Assembly: GCA_045632605.1 (NCBI GenBank)
Contig: JAZQXA010000110.1
Location: 1 to 51,512, forward strand
Length of the DNA stretch: 51,512 nt
From: Candidatus Flemingiibacterium sp.
Lineage (GTDB): Bacteria > Bacillota > Clostridia > Oscillospirales > CAG-272
Direction of reading: 5' to 3'
The position numbers were made by a program, and so were the translations under genes. Under the pieces are notes generated by a model, which saw only the letters and a list, made by a program, of their open reading frames with translations, did not search any database and had not been told where the DNA came from. Shown in pieces: positions 18,540-27,733 of the stretch (positions are counted from its first letter, which is position 1; every line of letters starts with the position of its first letter).

Positions 18540-19289
18540 TCATTCTCCGTCATTGTAAACGGTAAGCTTCGCTTCCTTGTAGCCGTCAATTCCGGACTTT
18601 TGAATTGCACCGAATATGCGGTGACGAAGTCCCTTGTTGTCGCGCTCAAGTGTCAGAAGAAGCTGTTTCATCGATTCACGTTCGGTGTTTTTGTCGGCAG
18701 GACACGGCGACTTGATAACCGGCAAAGGATGACGGTTAACAAAATATCTCACGTCCTTTTCCTGCGCGTAAATCATCGGGCGAATCATCGTCAAATCCTT
18801 TCGCGACAGATATGTCACCGGCGAAAATGAACCGAGTCTGCCCTCATAAAAGAGATTCAGCATAAACGTGTCAACCACATCGTCGAAATGATGTCCGAGC
18901 GCAAGCTTGTTGCATCCCTGACGCTTACATTCATCGTGCAGTGCCCCACGGCGCATTTTGGCGCAGAGTCCGCAGGGATTTTTTTCTTTTCTCACATCAA
19001 AAACGATTTTGCTTATCTGCGTCGGAACAACCACAAACGGCACGTCAATTTCTCGGCAAAGCTCGGCTATCGGGGAAAAATCCATTCCCTCAAAGCCCAT
19101 ATCAACTGTTATCGCAACAAGCTCAAATTTCTTCGGATAAAACCGCCTTAGCTCTGCAAGCGCAAGCAAAAGAGTCAGCGAATCCTTTCCTGCGGAAACG
19201 CCGACACCGATTCTGTCGCCGTCTGAAATCATTTCATAGTCGTCAACCGCACGGCGGATAAAGCTGAGTATTCTCTGAATTTCTTTCAT
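18540..19289 (-). CDS. ttcA: PP-loop ATPase, TtcA-family tRNA thiolation enzyme
   Basis: PP-loop GVSAGKDS, plus Cys motifs NPCGLCAKMRRG and SPCPAD that are typical of TtcA-like Fe-S tRNA 2-thiolation enzymes. Confidence 0.7.
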   Translation of the reverse strand: MKEIQRILSFIRRAVDDYEMISDGDRIGVGVSAGKDSLTLLLALAELRRFYPKKFELVAITVDMGFEGMDFSPIAELCREIDVPFVVVPTQISKIVFDVRKEKNPCGLCAKMRRGALHDECKRQGCNKLALGHHFDDVVDTFMLNLFYEGRLGSFSPVTYLSRKDLTMIRPMIYAQEKDVRYFVNRHPLPVIKSPCPADKNTERESMKQLLLTLERDNKGLRHRIFGAIQKSGIDGYKEAKLTVYNDGE

Positions 19290-19341
19290 AATATCAAACT
19301 CACTTTGAATATACTGTATAAATCATATTTTGGAGGTACAT

Positions 19342-19902
19342 ATGCCAAAGGTATTTATCGACCAGGGACACAATCCCCAAAATCCAAACGCCGGAGCAGA
19401 GGGAAATGGGCTTCGTGAGCAGGATATCACCTATAACATCGGCGTAGTTTTAGCGGATTTACTTAACAATAATCCCGATTATGAAGCACGTCTTTCGCGA
19501 AATTCGCCAACCGAGCAAATTGGCACTTCAAACTCATCAAGCCTTGCGCAGCGTGTACGCGAAGCAAACGAATGGGGCGCAGATATTTTTTTGAGCCTGC
19601 ATACGAACGCATACACAAATCCGTCCGCCTCGGGAACCGAAGCATACGCATACCGCGTTGACAGCAACGGTTTTCGTCTTGGTGAGGATGTTGTTGAACA
19701 GTTAACACTCATTACAGGACTGCAAAACCGCGGCACATTCGCCCGTCCGTCGCTATATGTACTGCGCCGGACACAAATGCCTGCCGCACTTATTGAGATG
19801 GGATATATCACAAATCCCGGAGATGCGGCACTGATGTCAGAAGACCCCGAGCTTTTTGCGCTCGGAATATACAACGGAATATTGGAGTATTTTGGTATGT
19901 AA
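19342..19902 (+). CDS. N-acetylmuramoyl-L-alanine amidase (Amidase_3 family), no signal peptide
   Basis: Motifs DQGHN...GAEG, ADIFLSLHTNA, GTEAY and MPAALIEMGYITN. GGAGG RBS at 19332..19336 and ATG at 19342. Confidence 0.85.
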   Translation: MPKVFIDQGHNPQNPNAGAEGNGLREQDITYNIGVVLADLLNNNPDYEARLSRNSPTEQIGTSNSSSLAQRVREANEWGADIFLSLHTNAYTNPSASGTEAYAYRVDSNGFRLGEDVVEQLTLITGLQNRGTFARPSLYVLRRTQMPAALIEMGYITNPGDAALMSEDPELFALGIYNGILEYFGM

Positions 19903-19957
19903 TTTTTCGGAATATGTGGGAACAGTAAGCGTATAAACAAAAATTTCGGAGAAAAAA

Positions 19958-21394
19958 ATGTCAAAGCAGAATTTCAGTCCCACATATGAAGAAAACTCAA
20001 AATATCTCGACACGGTTTTCGGAATTGGAAAAAATTACGATTTTGTCGGCCGTGAGCGAGTTTTTGCCGGGCATCGGGCAAAATTTTATTTCATCGACGG
20101 ATTTGCAAACAGTGAGGTGCTTGACCGACTGTTTATTTATCTTGCGGAGCTTCCGAACATCGACACAATAGACGATGCCGAAAACTTCGCCGCACGTCAT
20201 ATGCCGCACACCGAAGCAACCGTTCAGCGTGACCTTGACAAATTCATTTATTCGGTCATGTGCGGTACAGTCGGAATAATAATTGACTCTGTAAATTCCG
20301 TGGGCATCACGATAGACACGCGAATTTATCCGATGCGCGGCGTAAGCCAATCGGAAAATGACCGCGTACTTCGCGGTGCACACGACAGCTTCACCGAAAC
20401 GGTAAAGCAAAACTCCACGCTTATCCGCCGCCGAATACGTGACCCCAAACTTACATTTGAGCAAATGACCGTCGGCGAAACTTCACAAACGGATGTCGTC
20501 ATCGCCTATATTGACGGCAAAGCGGATGCGGAATATGTAAAAGAACTTATAAGCAAGATTAAATCAATAAAAGTTGATGCGCTTACACTCGGTCAGCAAA
20601 GCCTTGCGGAATGCCTGTTAAAACGGGGCTGGTACAACCCATTTCCGAAATTCCGTTACACCGAGCGCCCCGATAATGCCGCTGCACATCTGCTTGAAGG
20701 CAGTGTTATTATCCTTACCGACACCTCTCCGGAAGCAATGATTCTCCCAACCTGCTTACTCGATTTCATGGAGGACACAAACGACTATTATCTTCCGACG
20801 CTGACCGGTTCATATCTGCGCATTCTTCGTTACCTCGTCTGCACACTGACGCTGCTTCTGACTCCGACGTGGTATCTGCTTATCAGTCATGTTGAATGGA
20901 TTCCCCAGTGGCTTGATTTCATTCTCGTTGACATGGAATGCAATATGCCGATTCTTCTGCAGCTATATATAGTCGAGCTTGCACTTGACGGACTAAAGCT
21001 TGCATCAATGAACACGCCGAATTCGCTCAATAACACCTTCGGTGTTGTCGGCGGACTTATCCTCGGAGACTTCGCTGTACAAATAGGCTGGTTTGTTCCC
21101 GAAGTTATCGTTTATATGGCATTTGTCGCCATAGCGAATTTCTCGCAGTCGAGCTATGAGCTTGGCTACGCGTTCAAATTCATGCGCATTCTTCTCCTTA
21201 CAACGACCGCAATAGGCGGCCTCGTCGGCTATATCGGCGGAATTGCTGCGATAATCGTCCTAACCGCCTGCAATAAGACCGCAAACGGCAAGCGCAATTA
21301 TCTTTATCCGATAATCCCATTTAACCGGCGTGCACTGAAACGTCATATCGTGCGTGAAAAGCTGCGCACAAGCGGCGGAAAATCAAAGAGATAA
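19958..21394 (+). CDS. GerA-family spore germination protein / SpoVAF-like
   Basis: 478 aa. It has a soluble N-terminal domain followed by a C-terminal 4-5 TM region, with the GerA-family patterns (RIRDPKL..., ITDTSPEAMILP, LRILRY). Confidence 0.75.
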   Translation: MSKQNFSPTYEENSKYLDTVFGIGKNYDFVGRERVFAGHRAKFYFIDGFANSEVLDRLFIYLAELPNIDTIDDAENFAARHMPHTEATVQRDLDKFIYSVMCGTVGIIIDSVNSVGITIDTRIYPMRGVSQSENDRVLRGAHDSFTETVKQNSTLIRRRIRDPKLTFEQMTVGETSQTDVVIAYIDGKADAEYVKELISKIKSIKVDALTLGQQSLAECLLKRGWYNPFPKFRYTERPDNAAAHLLEGSVIILTDTSPEAMILPTCLLDFMEDTNDYYLPTLTGSYLRILRYLVCTLTLLLTPTWYLLISHVEWIPQWLDFILVDMECNMPILLQLYIVELALDGLKLASMNTPNSLNNTFGVVGGLILGDFAVQIGWFVPEVIVYMAFVAIANFSQSSYELGYAFKFMRILLLTTTAIGGLVGYIGGIAAIIVLTACNKTANGKRNYLYPIIPFNRRALKRHIVREKLRTSGGKSKR

Positions 21395-21399
21395 TCCAC

Positions 21400-22557
21400 T
21401 TAGCGGATTTCTGTGCTCTCCTTCATCGCAGTGGTACAAATCTGGAAGAATGTCTTTCCGCGGTTAACGAGGAGTTCCTCGCCTGCCTCATTAAAGAGCT
21501 TGATTGGAGTATCAGCAGTAACTTTCTGCCAAGTAATTTTTTCGTATTTACCGCCGTAAAGGTAGTAACCGTCGCCGCTTCCCTCGGTTGTAACATCCAT
21601 GTGCTTGTAGGAATCATTGGTGCTTGCGGTCGGGCAGTAAATTACAATTATGTTGTCAAACGATATCTGAACACCTGCAGTGTTGTCAACGTGTCTGTCG
21701 CCAAGAAACTGCCAGCGGTAATAAACACCCTCTTTGGAGTCGTATTCAAAATACGGCTGATGCGAATAGGAATATACTACCTTGAGGTATGTGGCATCTC
21801 CGCCCTCGGGTATACGGGGTGAATCGTAGGGCACAAAATCGAGCGGAGAATCAAAATTCTCGGCAAGCTCGGTGTTATATTTCTTATATGCAATACCGTC
21901 GGCAATTCTTTCGCCGGTAGTCATAAGGCTGTGCTCATAGCCCATGTTGCTCATACGCCAATTGTCGCGGTAGAAGCACTTGTAGGATATCGCATTGTCA
22001 TTTACACCGTCGAGGTTGTTGACACCGCGTGCCTTGATTTCCTTGTATGCCTGCGTACTTCCGCCGGCGTGCATATAGATTGCGTTATGGTTTGCCGCAA
22101 AATCGAGGTAATACTCGCGTGAGGAGCGTACTGAACCAACAACCGGCAGGTTTTCGTAATCGGAAACGACCATCATAAGACGTGTCTGACCACCCTCAAC
22201 GATACATTCATACATGATATCAGCGTACGAAATTCCTTCCTGGGGAGTTGCAACCTTAATATTATTTATCATAATTGCAAGCGGACGTCGTTTTTCGTAG
22301 TCAACCTCAGCTTCAAGTCCCGTAAGGGGATTTATTATCTCCGGCTCATTAAGCTCAGGTGCCGCAGTGGTTTCAGGCTCCGGCGCAACTGTGGTATCCA
22401 CAGTTTCGGGGGGAATAACGGTTTCCACATTAAACGGGTCATTTACAGTTGTGTCCGAAACATCATTACCGGTCTGTGTATCGCCGCATGAAGAAACAAG
22501 AAGCATCTGGGAAAGAATTATAAGACAAAGTATATTTTTCATTTTATTCGATTTCAT
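21400..22557 (-). CDS. DUF3048-family lipoprotein (YerB-like)
   Basis: Signal peptide with lipobox LVSSC, a low-complexity T/P/E linker, then RPLAIMINNIKVATPQEGISYADIMYECIVEGGQTRLMMV, which is typical of DUF3048. Confidence 0.75.
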   Translation of the reverse strand: MKSNKMKNILCLIILSQMLLVSSCGDTQTGNDVSDTTVNDPFNVETVIPPETVDTTVAPEPETTAAPELNEPEIINPLTGLEAEVDYEKRRPLAIMINNIKVATPQEGISYADIMYECIVEGGQTRLMMVVSDYENLPVVGSVRSSREYYLDFAANHNAIYMHAGGSTQAYKEIKARGVNNLDGVNDNAISYKCFYRDNWRMSNMGYEHSLMTTGERIADGIAYKKYNTELAENFDSPLDFVPYDSPRIPEGGDATYLKVVYSYSHQPYFEYDSKEGVYYRWQFLGDRHVDNTAGVQISFDNIIVIYCPTASTNDSYKHMDVTTEGSGDGYYLYGGKYEKITWQKVTADTPIKLFNEAGEELLVNRGKTFFQICTTAMKESTEIR

Positions 22558-22769
22558 ACAATACCTCGCAAAAAAGAGTGTTTTTGGCAGTTTATTTACC
22601 TATATATTATACTCCAAAACCAGCACATTGTCAATCATTATATGCAAAAGAGGATATTTTAGACTCTGAATTTTAAATTTATTAATATAATTTACAATTT
22701 ATATGTATAATTTACTGAAAAAATATGCTAAAATTTATATAGCAATTATATCATATAGGAGGAACGACG

Positions 22770-23051
22770 ATGAGCATACTCGGTAAAGATAAATATATAA
22801 TGTACCGCGGCAAGCCGCTTGTCCGCGAAGGAAATCAGATTTGCTACGGAAATATGGATGACAAATATATCCTCTTTCTCGGAATAATGACAACAAAAAA
22901 GGTCGGCGACAAAGAAATTCCCGACCAGGTGCTCGTTCAGATACAGAGCACAGAGGATAAAAAGGTCGTAAAGTTCGACATGAAAAAGGGACTTTACGAG
23001 GCATTTGAATACGGTGTCATCTGGCTCGAAACCGAGCTTCGCAAAGCATAA
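22770..23051 (+). CDS. Small hypothetical protein (93 aa)
   Basis: The ORF has a strong RBS (AGGAGG, 22757..22762) and a clean terminator directly after the stop. Confidence 0.6.
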   Translation: MSILGKDKYIMYRGKPLVREGNQICYGNMDDKYILFLGIMTTKKVGDKEIPDQVLVQIQSTEDKKVVKFDMKKGLYEAFEYGVIWLETELRKA

Positions 23052-23055
23052 AATT

Positions 23056-23088
23056 AAGCATCGACGTGAATTGCGTCGATGCTTTTTT
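23056..23088. terminator. Rho-independent terminator between convergent genes
   Basis: Stem AAGCATCGACG (23056..23066) / CGTCGATGCTT (23074..23084), then a T-run. Confidence 0.8.
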
Positions 23089-23091
23089 GTA

Positions 23092-23574
23092 TTATTCTTC
23101 GTCGGGAATGAGCGTAACCTTTGCCATAACAACATCCTTTACGGGCTTGTCGCGCATATCGGTGTCAACTGCGGCAATCTTGTCAACAACGTCCATACCC
23201 TCGGTAACAACGCCGAATGCGGCATATTCACCGTCAAGATATGTTGCATCCTCATGTACTATAAAGAACTGCGAGCTTGCGCTGTCCTTAACCATTGTAC
23301 GTGCCATAGAGATTGTACCTCTGGTGTGGCTTAAATTGTTTGTAACTCCGTTAGAAGCAAATTCGCCCTTTATATTGTCGGGAGAGCCGCCCATACCGGT
23401 TCCGGTGGGGTCGCCGCCCTGAATCATAAAGCCGTTTATTACGCGGTGGAAGATAAGACCGTCGTAAAATCCTTCCTTAACAAGCTTTTCAAAATTTGCA
23501 ACTGTAATCGGAGCAACATCGCCGTAAAGCTTAATTTTGATGATGCCGCCGTCTGCCATTTCGATTTTTACCAT
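23092..23574 (-). CDS. ppiB: Peptidyl-prolyl cis-trans isomerase, cyclophilin type
   Basis: FHRVINGFMIQGGDP and SMAR...SQFFI cyclophilin signatures. 160 aa. Confidence 0.92.
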   Translation of the reverse strand: MVKIEMADGGIIKIKLYGDVAPITVANFEKLVKEGFYDGLIFHRVINGFMIQGGDPTGTGMGGSPDNIKGEFASNGVTNNLSHTRGTISMARTMVKDSASSQFFIVHEDATYLDGEYAAFGVVTEGMDVVDKIAAVDTDMRDKPVKDVVMAKVTLIPDEE

Positions 23575-23599
23575 TTTTATATTCTCCTTTTAAAATAAA

Positions 23600-24262
23600 T
23601 TACACATGAAACCGCTTTTTTAGCTCATGCCGTGTCCTGCGGTAAGAAAACACAAGCATCGTAGTAAAACAGAGCAATGATACCCCTGCCGCCGCCACCA
23701 CCGGCCATTCAACCATTGACCAGCCAAACACCCACAAGAGCACCGATAACACCCCAAGCACAGCAATAACGAGCTGATAAATGGTATTTTCTCTGTACCG
23801 CTTCGGGCGTATAATAATCATCAGCGTCACAGCAAGCGCCGCCGCGATTATCAGAAACGGGATTATATAGTTAAGCGACCAACGGTAAAAGCCCGTTAAG
23901 TAATCAATAAAAAACACAAGTCCGCTGATTCCGAAAAGCTGCCAAAGCACAATCGAAGCCGGATTCGGCGTATATCTCAGAAGATTGATAAGGCTTATCA
24001 GGCAATAAACTATCGCCGCCACAGTGATAAATGCCCACGAATTCCCCGTCGGAACAAGATGGTCGACAAGCAGACTCGCCGCAATAAAAACAACAGCAAT
24101 ATAACTTATCAGCCTTATAACCATTCCCCGGCTGAACCGACCTTTTATATACGGATAGTCAGCCGAAAATTTCTCATCAAGCCTCTCCGTTTCCATATCA
24201 CAAAGCGGACATTTTGTATTATCGTTTGCAAGCTTTACACCGCAATGCGCACAAAATCTCAT
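23600..24262 (-). CDS. Zinc-ribbon plus polytopic membrane protein, function unknown
   Basis: N-terminal CxxC...CPLC (FCAHCGV...KCPLC) followed by about 5 TM helices. Its ATG overlaps the stop of the upstream acyltransferase gene (ATGA at 24259..24262). Confidence 0.7.
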   Translation of the reverse strand: MRFCAHCGVKLANDNTKCPLCDMETERLDEKFSADYPYIKGRFSRGMVIRLISYIAVVFIAASLLVDHLVPTGNSWAFITVAAIVYCLISLINLLRYTPNPASIVLWQLFGISGLVFFIDYLTGFYRWSLNYIIPFLIIAAALAVTLMIIIRPKRYRENTIYQLVIAVLGVLSVLLWVFGWSMVEWPVVAAAGVSLLCFTTMLVFSYRRTRHELKKRFHV

Positions 24263-25734
24263 TTGCTCTCCCCTTTGTGTTTTTTATCTCGTTTATTCGG
24301 TTTAGTTTCCTTTTTGAGCCGTTTTGCTTCTGCTTTTACAGCCTTCTTTTCCGCCCGAATCCCATGCTTTTCCGCTTTGTTCGGTTTTTGTACGGGTTCC
24401 TTTTTCGGCGGGGGTGTTTCGTTTGAAGAAAGAATTATTTCAATTCCCTGCCCCGACAAATAAGACAGCATAAACTGCTCAAGCGAATTGTCATCCACCG
24501 TGGACGAAAACGAAAGTGTAAGATTATCACCGTATGAACAGAGCGATGCCTTTTTGGTATGGGTTTCGGAACTGCCAATGAAAACCTCGAACCGTTCAAC
24601 CCGGTCTGCAATAACCTCGGGAAGCGTAATTTTACCGAGATTTGAGAGCGTCATCGTATGCCGTCTTGCCGAGCTTTTGAAAAAGCCTCGCATAATCGGA
24701 TTTTTCAGCCACAGCGGAACAAATTTTATGCCCGGTATACGTTCGATTTTAACGTGCTCATAAATCTGCGCTTCAAAATATTCGCGTGTCAGACACTCTG
24801 AAAAGCGTTTTTTCACAGCACACAGAACATCCTCAAATGATGAGTCGCGCTTCGGAAGTACGCTTACATTCATGTGACCGAAGAAGTTTCGCAGTGTCCC
24901 CGAATCGAACATTCCCCTCAAATTTACGGGAACGCTTATTGCTATCGGACGTTTATCCGATGAGCGTCTGTATGAAGTATTATAAATCGACCAGATAAGC
25001 AGCGCACAAATATATTCGCTGAGTGTTGCCCCGTTTGAACGTGCAAGGCTTAAAAGGCTGTGGGCAGATATGTATGCCGACATAACGCCAAGCCTTGTTC
25101 CGTCATATCTGTATCCGTCAAGACGGTGGGCAATCGGATCTTTTTCAGTACGCATCCCTTTTGGGAGGATTTCTTCACAATTAACGGCAAAGCTGTCCTC
25201 ACCGAAATCACGCAAAATCACGTCTGATTCGCGCCGTATGTTTTCCTCCGGCACTTCACCGCCGCTTAAAACATTGAAATAGCAGTAAATGAGCACACGC
25301 ATAAAGCTGACAGCACCCATCCCGTCCGCCAGCGCATGATACATTTCAAGATTGATTCTCTTATGAAAATATGTTACACGAAAAAGAAACCGTCTTTCGC
25401 CTGAACGGTATATCGGTGCACACGGATACTTTCTATCTTTTCTGACAATGGGACGGTCGTTATTGACATCAAAATAATACCAAAATAAGCCCCTATGGAG
25501 TTTGAGCGAAAATGCAGGCATTATCGCAAGTGCCTTTTCAAGCGCAGTCTGAAGCGCCGCCGGATCCACCTCGTCAAAAAGCACCGCGCAAAGGCGATAT
25601 ACATTCGGTGAACGTGATGTGGTAATCGCCGGAAAAATTTTTGCGGCGTTATCGAGTCTGTCCCAGTATGTTTCGTTTATTCCGCTGTGCGGCGCGCGGA
25701 TGTTTCTGTATGCCATATCAGAAATACCTGCCAC
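24259..25734 (-). CDS. HxxxD-motif acyltransferase (condensation / alcohol acetyltransferase-like) with Lys-rich C-terminal tail
   Basis: HALADGMG motif about 140 residues in. The C-terminus PPPKKEPVQKPNKAEKHGIRAEKKAVKAEAKRLKKETKPNKRDKKHKGESK. The start is ambiguous: GTG at 25734 or ATG at 25716. Confidence 0.65.
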   Translation of the reverse strand: MAGISDMAYRNIRAPHSGINETYWDRLDNAAKIFPAITTSRSPNVYRLCAVLFDEVDPAALQTALEKALAIMPAFSLKLHRGLFWYYFDVNNDRPIVRKDRKYPCAPIYRSGERRFLFRVTYFHKRINLEMYHALADGMGAVSFMRVLIYCYFNVLSGGEVPEENIRRESDVILRDFGEDSFAVNCEEILPKGMRTEKDPIAHRLDGYRYDGTRLGVMSAYISAHSLLSLARSNGATLSEYICALLIWSIYNTSYRRSSDKRPIAISVPVNLRGMFDSGTLRNFFGHMNVSVLPKRDSSFEDVLCAVKKRFSECLTREYFEAQIYEHVKIERIPGIKFVPLWLKNPIMRGFFKSSARRHTMTLSNLGKITLPEVIADRVERFEVFIGSSETHTKKASLCSYGDNLTLSFSSTVDDNSLEQFMLSYLSGQGIEIILSSNETPPPKKEPVQKPNKAEKHGIRAEKKAVKAEAKRLKKETKPNKRDKKHKGESK

Positions 25735-25871
25735 TGTATATTTTCCGGATGACTTTCATATATAATCATCCTTTCACTTAAAATATTGTAACCTATATAT
25801 TATTATACTGTATACGAAAAAATAACACAAGCGCCATTTTGTTAATTTTAATCTTCGTCGACAATACTCGC

Positions 25872-25900
25872 TTGACATCGTGAAAAATCGGATGTATAAT
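25872..25900 (+). promoter_or_regulatory. Orphan consensus sigma-A promoter-like element facing into the 3' end of the convergent yitT-family gene
   Basis: TTGACA (25872..25877), exactly 17-nt spacer, TATAAT (25895..25900). There is no plus-strand ORF with an RBS downstream. Confidence 0.4.
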
Positions 25901-25911
25901 AAAGCTGTACG

Positions 25912-26769
25912 TCAGAGCGCATGAGAGTGAAAGCCCTCTCCCGTAACCTCCGAAGCATCTCCGATTACAACAAAGGCTTCGGAATCGCACTCATTTACAA
26001 TCTGTTTTAAGAAAAACAGTTCTTTCTTTGGTACGACACACATAACAACATTTTTAGGCTCACCGGTGTAAGCACCGGTTGCGGAAAGCACAGTCGCTCC
26101 TCGGTCAAGACGTTCAAATATCAGCTTTACAATCATCTCGGGCTTGTTTGTTATAATAAACGCCTGACCGGCGCGGCGCGAACCTGATATCATAAAATCA
26201 AGTGTCTTTCCTGCCGCCCAGGTGCATATGAGTGAATAAAATATTCCGGTCATATCCTTGGTGAAAAATGCCGCACCGATAATAATTATTATGTCGGCAA
26301 CGGTTATAATAGTTCCCATTGATGCATTTTTTAATTTAAGTTTTACAAGGCAGGCAATAAGATCAGTACCGCCGGTCGTATAGCCGCGTGCCATTACAAA
26401 ACCGATTCCGGCCCCCATCACCGCACCGCCGAGAATCGCGCAGATAAGCGGATCGGTCGTAGTTACCGGGAAAAATGTAAAAATATCCGTCGCAATAGAG
26501 GTTGCCGCAACACCGATTACAGTGCGGCGTAAAAATCCCGTGCCAAAAAAATACGTGTTCGCCGCAATAAGCGGTATATTAAGAAGAATTATCATAATAC
26601 CGACCGGCGTTCCGAAAAACATATTGAGCACCGTGGAAATACCCGTCATGCCGCCGAGTACGATATTCGCCGGCAGAATGAACATATTAAGCGCAAGCGC
26701 AAACATCACCGAGCCAAAAATTACAATTCCTGCTTCGTAAACCGCAGCTTTGAATTTTTTTCGTGTCAT
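25912..26769 (-). CDS. YitT-family membrane protein (DUF2179 C-terminal domain)
   Basis: Five TM segments, then a soluble C-terminal domain (FIITNKPEMIVKLIFERLDRGATVL...VVMCVVPKKELFFLKQIV). The start is moved to the ATG at 26769 (MTRKKFK). Confidence 0.8.
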   Translation of the reverse strand: MTRKKFKAAVYEAGIVIFGSVMFALALNMFILPANIVLGGMTGISTVLNMFFGTPVGIMIILLNIPLIAANTYFFGTGFLRRTVIGVAATSIATDIFTFFPVTTTDPLICAILGGAVMGAGIGFVMARGYTTGGTDLIACLVKLKLKNASMGTIITVADIIIIIGAAFFTKDMTGIFYSLICTWAAGKTLDFMISGSRRAGQAFIITNKPEMIVKLIFERLDRGATVLSATGAYTGEPKNVVMCVVPKKELFFLKQIVNECDSEAFVVIGDASEVTGEGFHSHAL

Positions 26770-26803
26770 ATTAAAATCTCCTTTATATAAATGTGAGGTA
26801 AAG

Positions 26804-27667
26804 ATGAAAATAAAGAAAAAAGCATTAATACCGCTTATCATTATTTCCGCGGCGATTTTTACAGTACTCGCCACATACATCGCAAAAGAAAACCGCAATG
26901 TCGGAATAACCGAATATACAGTTTCAAGCGAAAATCTGCCAAAGAGCTTTGACGGTTACCGTATAGCACATATATCCGACCTGCACTGTGCTGAATTCGG
27001 CGAGGGCAATTCCACGCTTATCGGTATGCTAAAGCAGATAAGCCCTGATGTGATATTTATAACCGGCGACCTTATAGACCGGCGCAAGGGTGAAATGTCA
27101 ATCGGCATCGACCTTGCCGCAGCCGCCGCAGCGATAGCACCGACATATTTTGTTTCCGGTAATCACGAAAACGACAACGAGGATTTTGGCAGCATCGCTG
27201 ACAGGCTTACAAACGCCGGAATTACCGTGCTTCGCGGCGAGAGCATACAGCTTTGCGAAGCGGACGAATATATAACCCTCGTCGGCATCGACGATTCATT
27301 TGTAATCAAGGAAAAAGGCTCCGAAGAGCTTTCTGAAGACATAATCAAAGCAGAGCTCGACAAGCTCCCAGCGGTCGGCGAAGAATATACAATTCTCCTT
27401 GCGCATCGCCCCGAGCATATAAAGCTCTATTCCGAAAAAGGTTTCGACCTTGTTTTTTCGGGACACGCACACGGTGGACAGTTCCGATTTTCGCTTATCG
27501 GCGGTATCTATGCTCCCGGACAGGGACTGTTCCCTAAATACACAGAGGGAGTTCACACAGTAGGAAATACCGATATTGTAATAAGCCGAGGACTCGGAAA
27601 CGCCACCTTCCCTTTCCGAATCGGAAACAATCCCGAGGTCATCGCTGTGACGTTAAAATCCAAATAA
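26804..27667 (+). CDS. Membrane-anchored metallophosphoesterase (YkuE-like)
   Basis: Motifs HISDLH, TGDLIDR, GNHE and GHAHGGQ, with an N-terminal TM anchor. GAGGT RBS and ATG at 26804. Confidence 0.85.
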   Translation: MKIKKKALIPLIIISAAIFTVLATYIAKENRNVGITEYTVSSENLPKSFDGYRIAHISDLHCAEFGEGNSTLIGMLKQISPDVIFITGDLIDRRKGEMSIGIDLAAAAAAIAPTYFVSGNHENDNEDFGSIADRLTNAGITVLRGESIQLCEADEYITLVGIDDSFVIKEKGSEELSEDIIKAELDKLPAVGEEYTILLAHRPEHIKLYSEKGFDLVFSGHAHGGQFRFSLIGGIYAPGQGLFPKYTEGVHTVGNTDIVISRGLGNATFPFRIGNNPEVIAVTLKSK

Positions 27668-27689
27668 TATATTATGTAAATAATATTCC

Positions 27690-27723
27690 AAAGAGCCGTA
27701 TCGTTAGATACAGCTCTTTTTTA
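27690..27723. terminator. Bidirectional terminator between convergent genes
   Basis: AAGAGCCGTATC-GTTA-GATACAGCTCTT stem with one mismatch, followed by a T-run. Confidence 0.75.
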
Positions 27724-27733
27724 TATTACAAAA

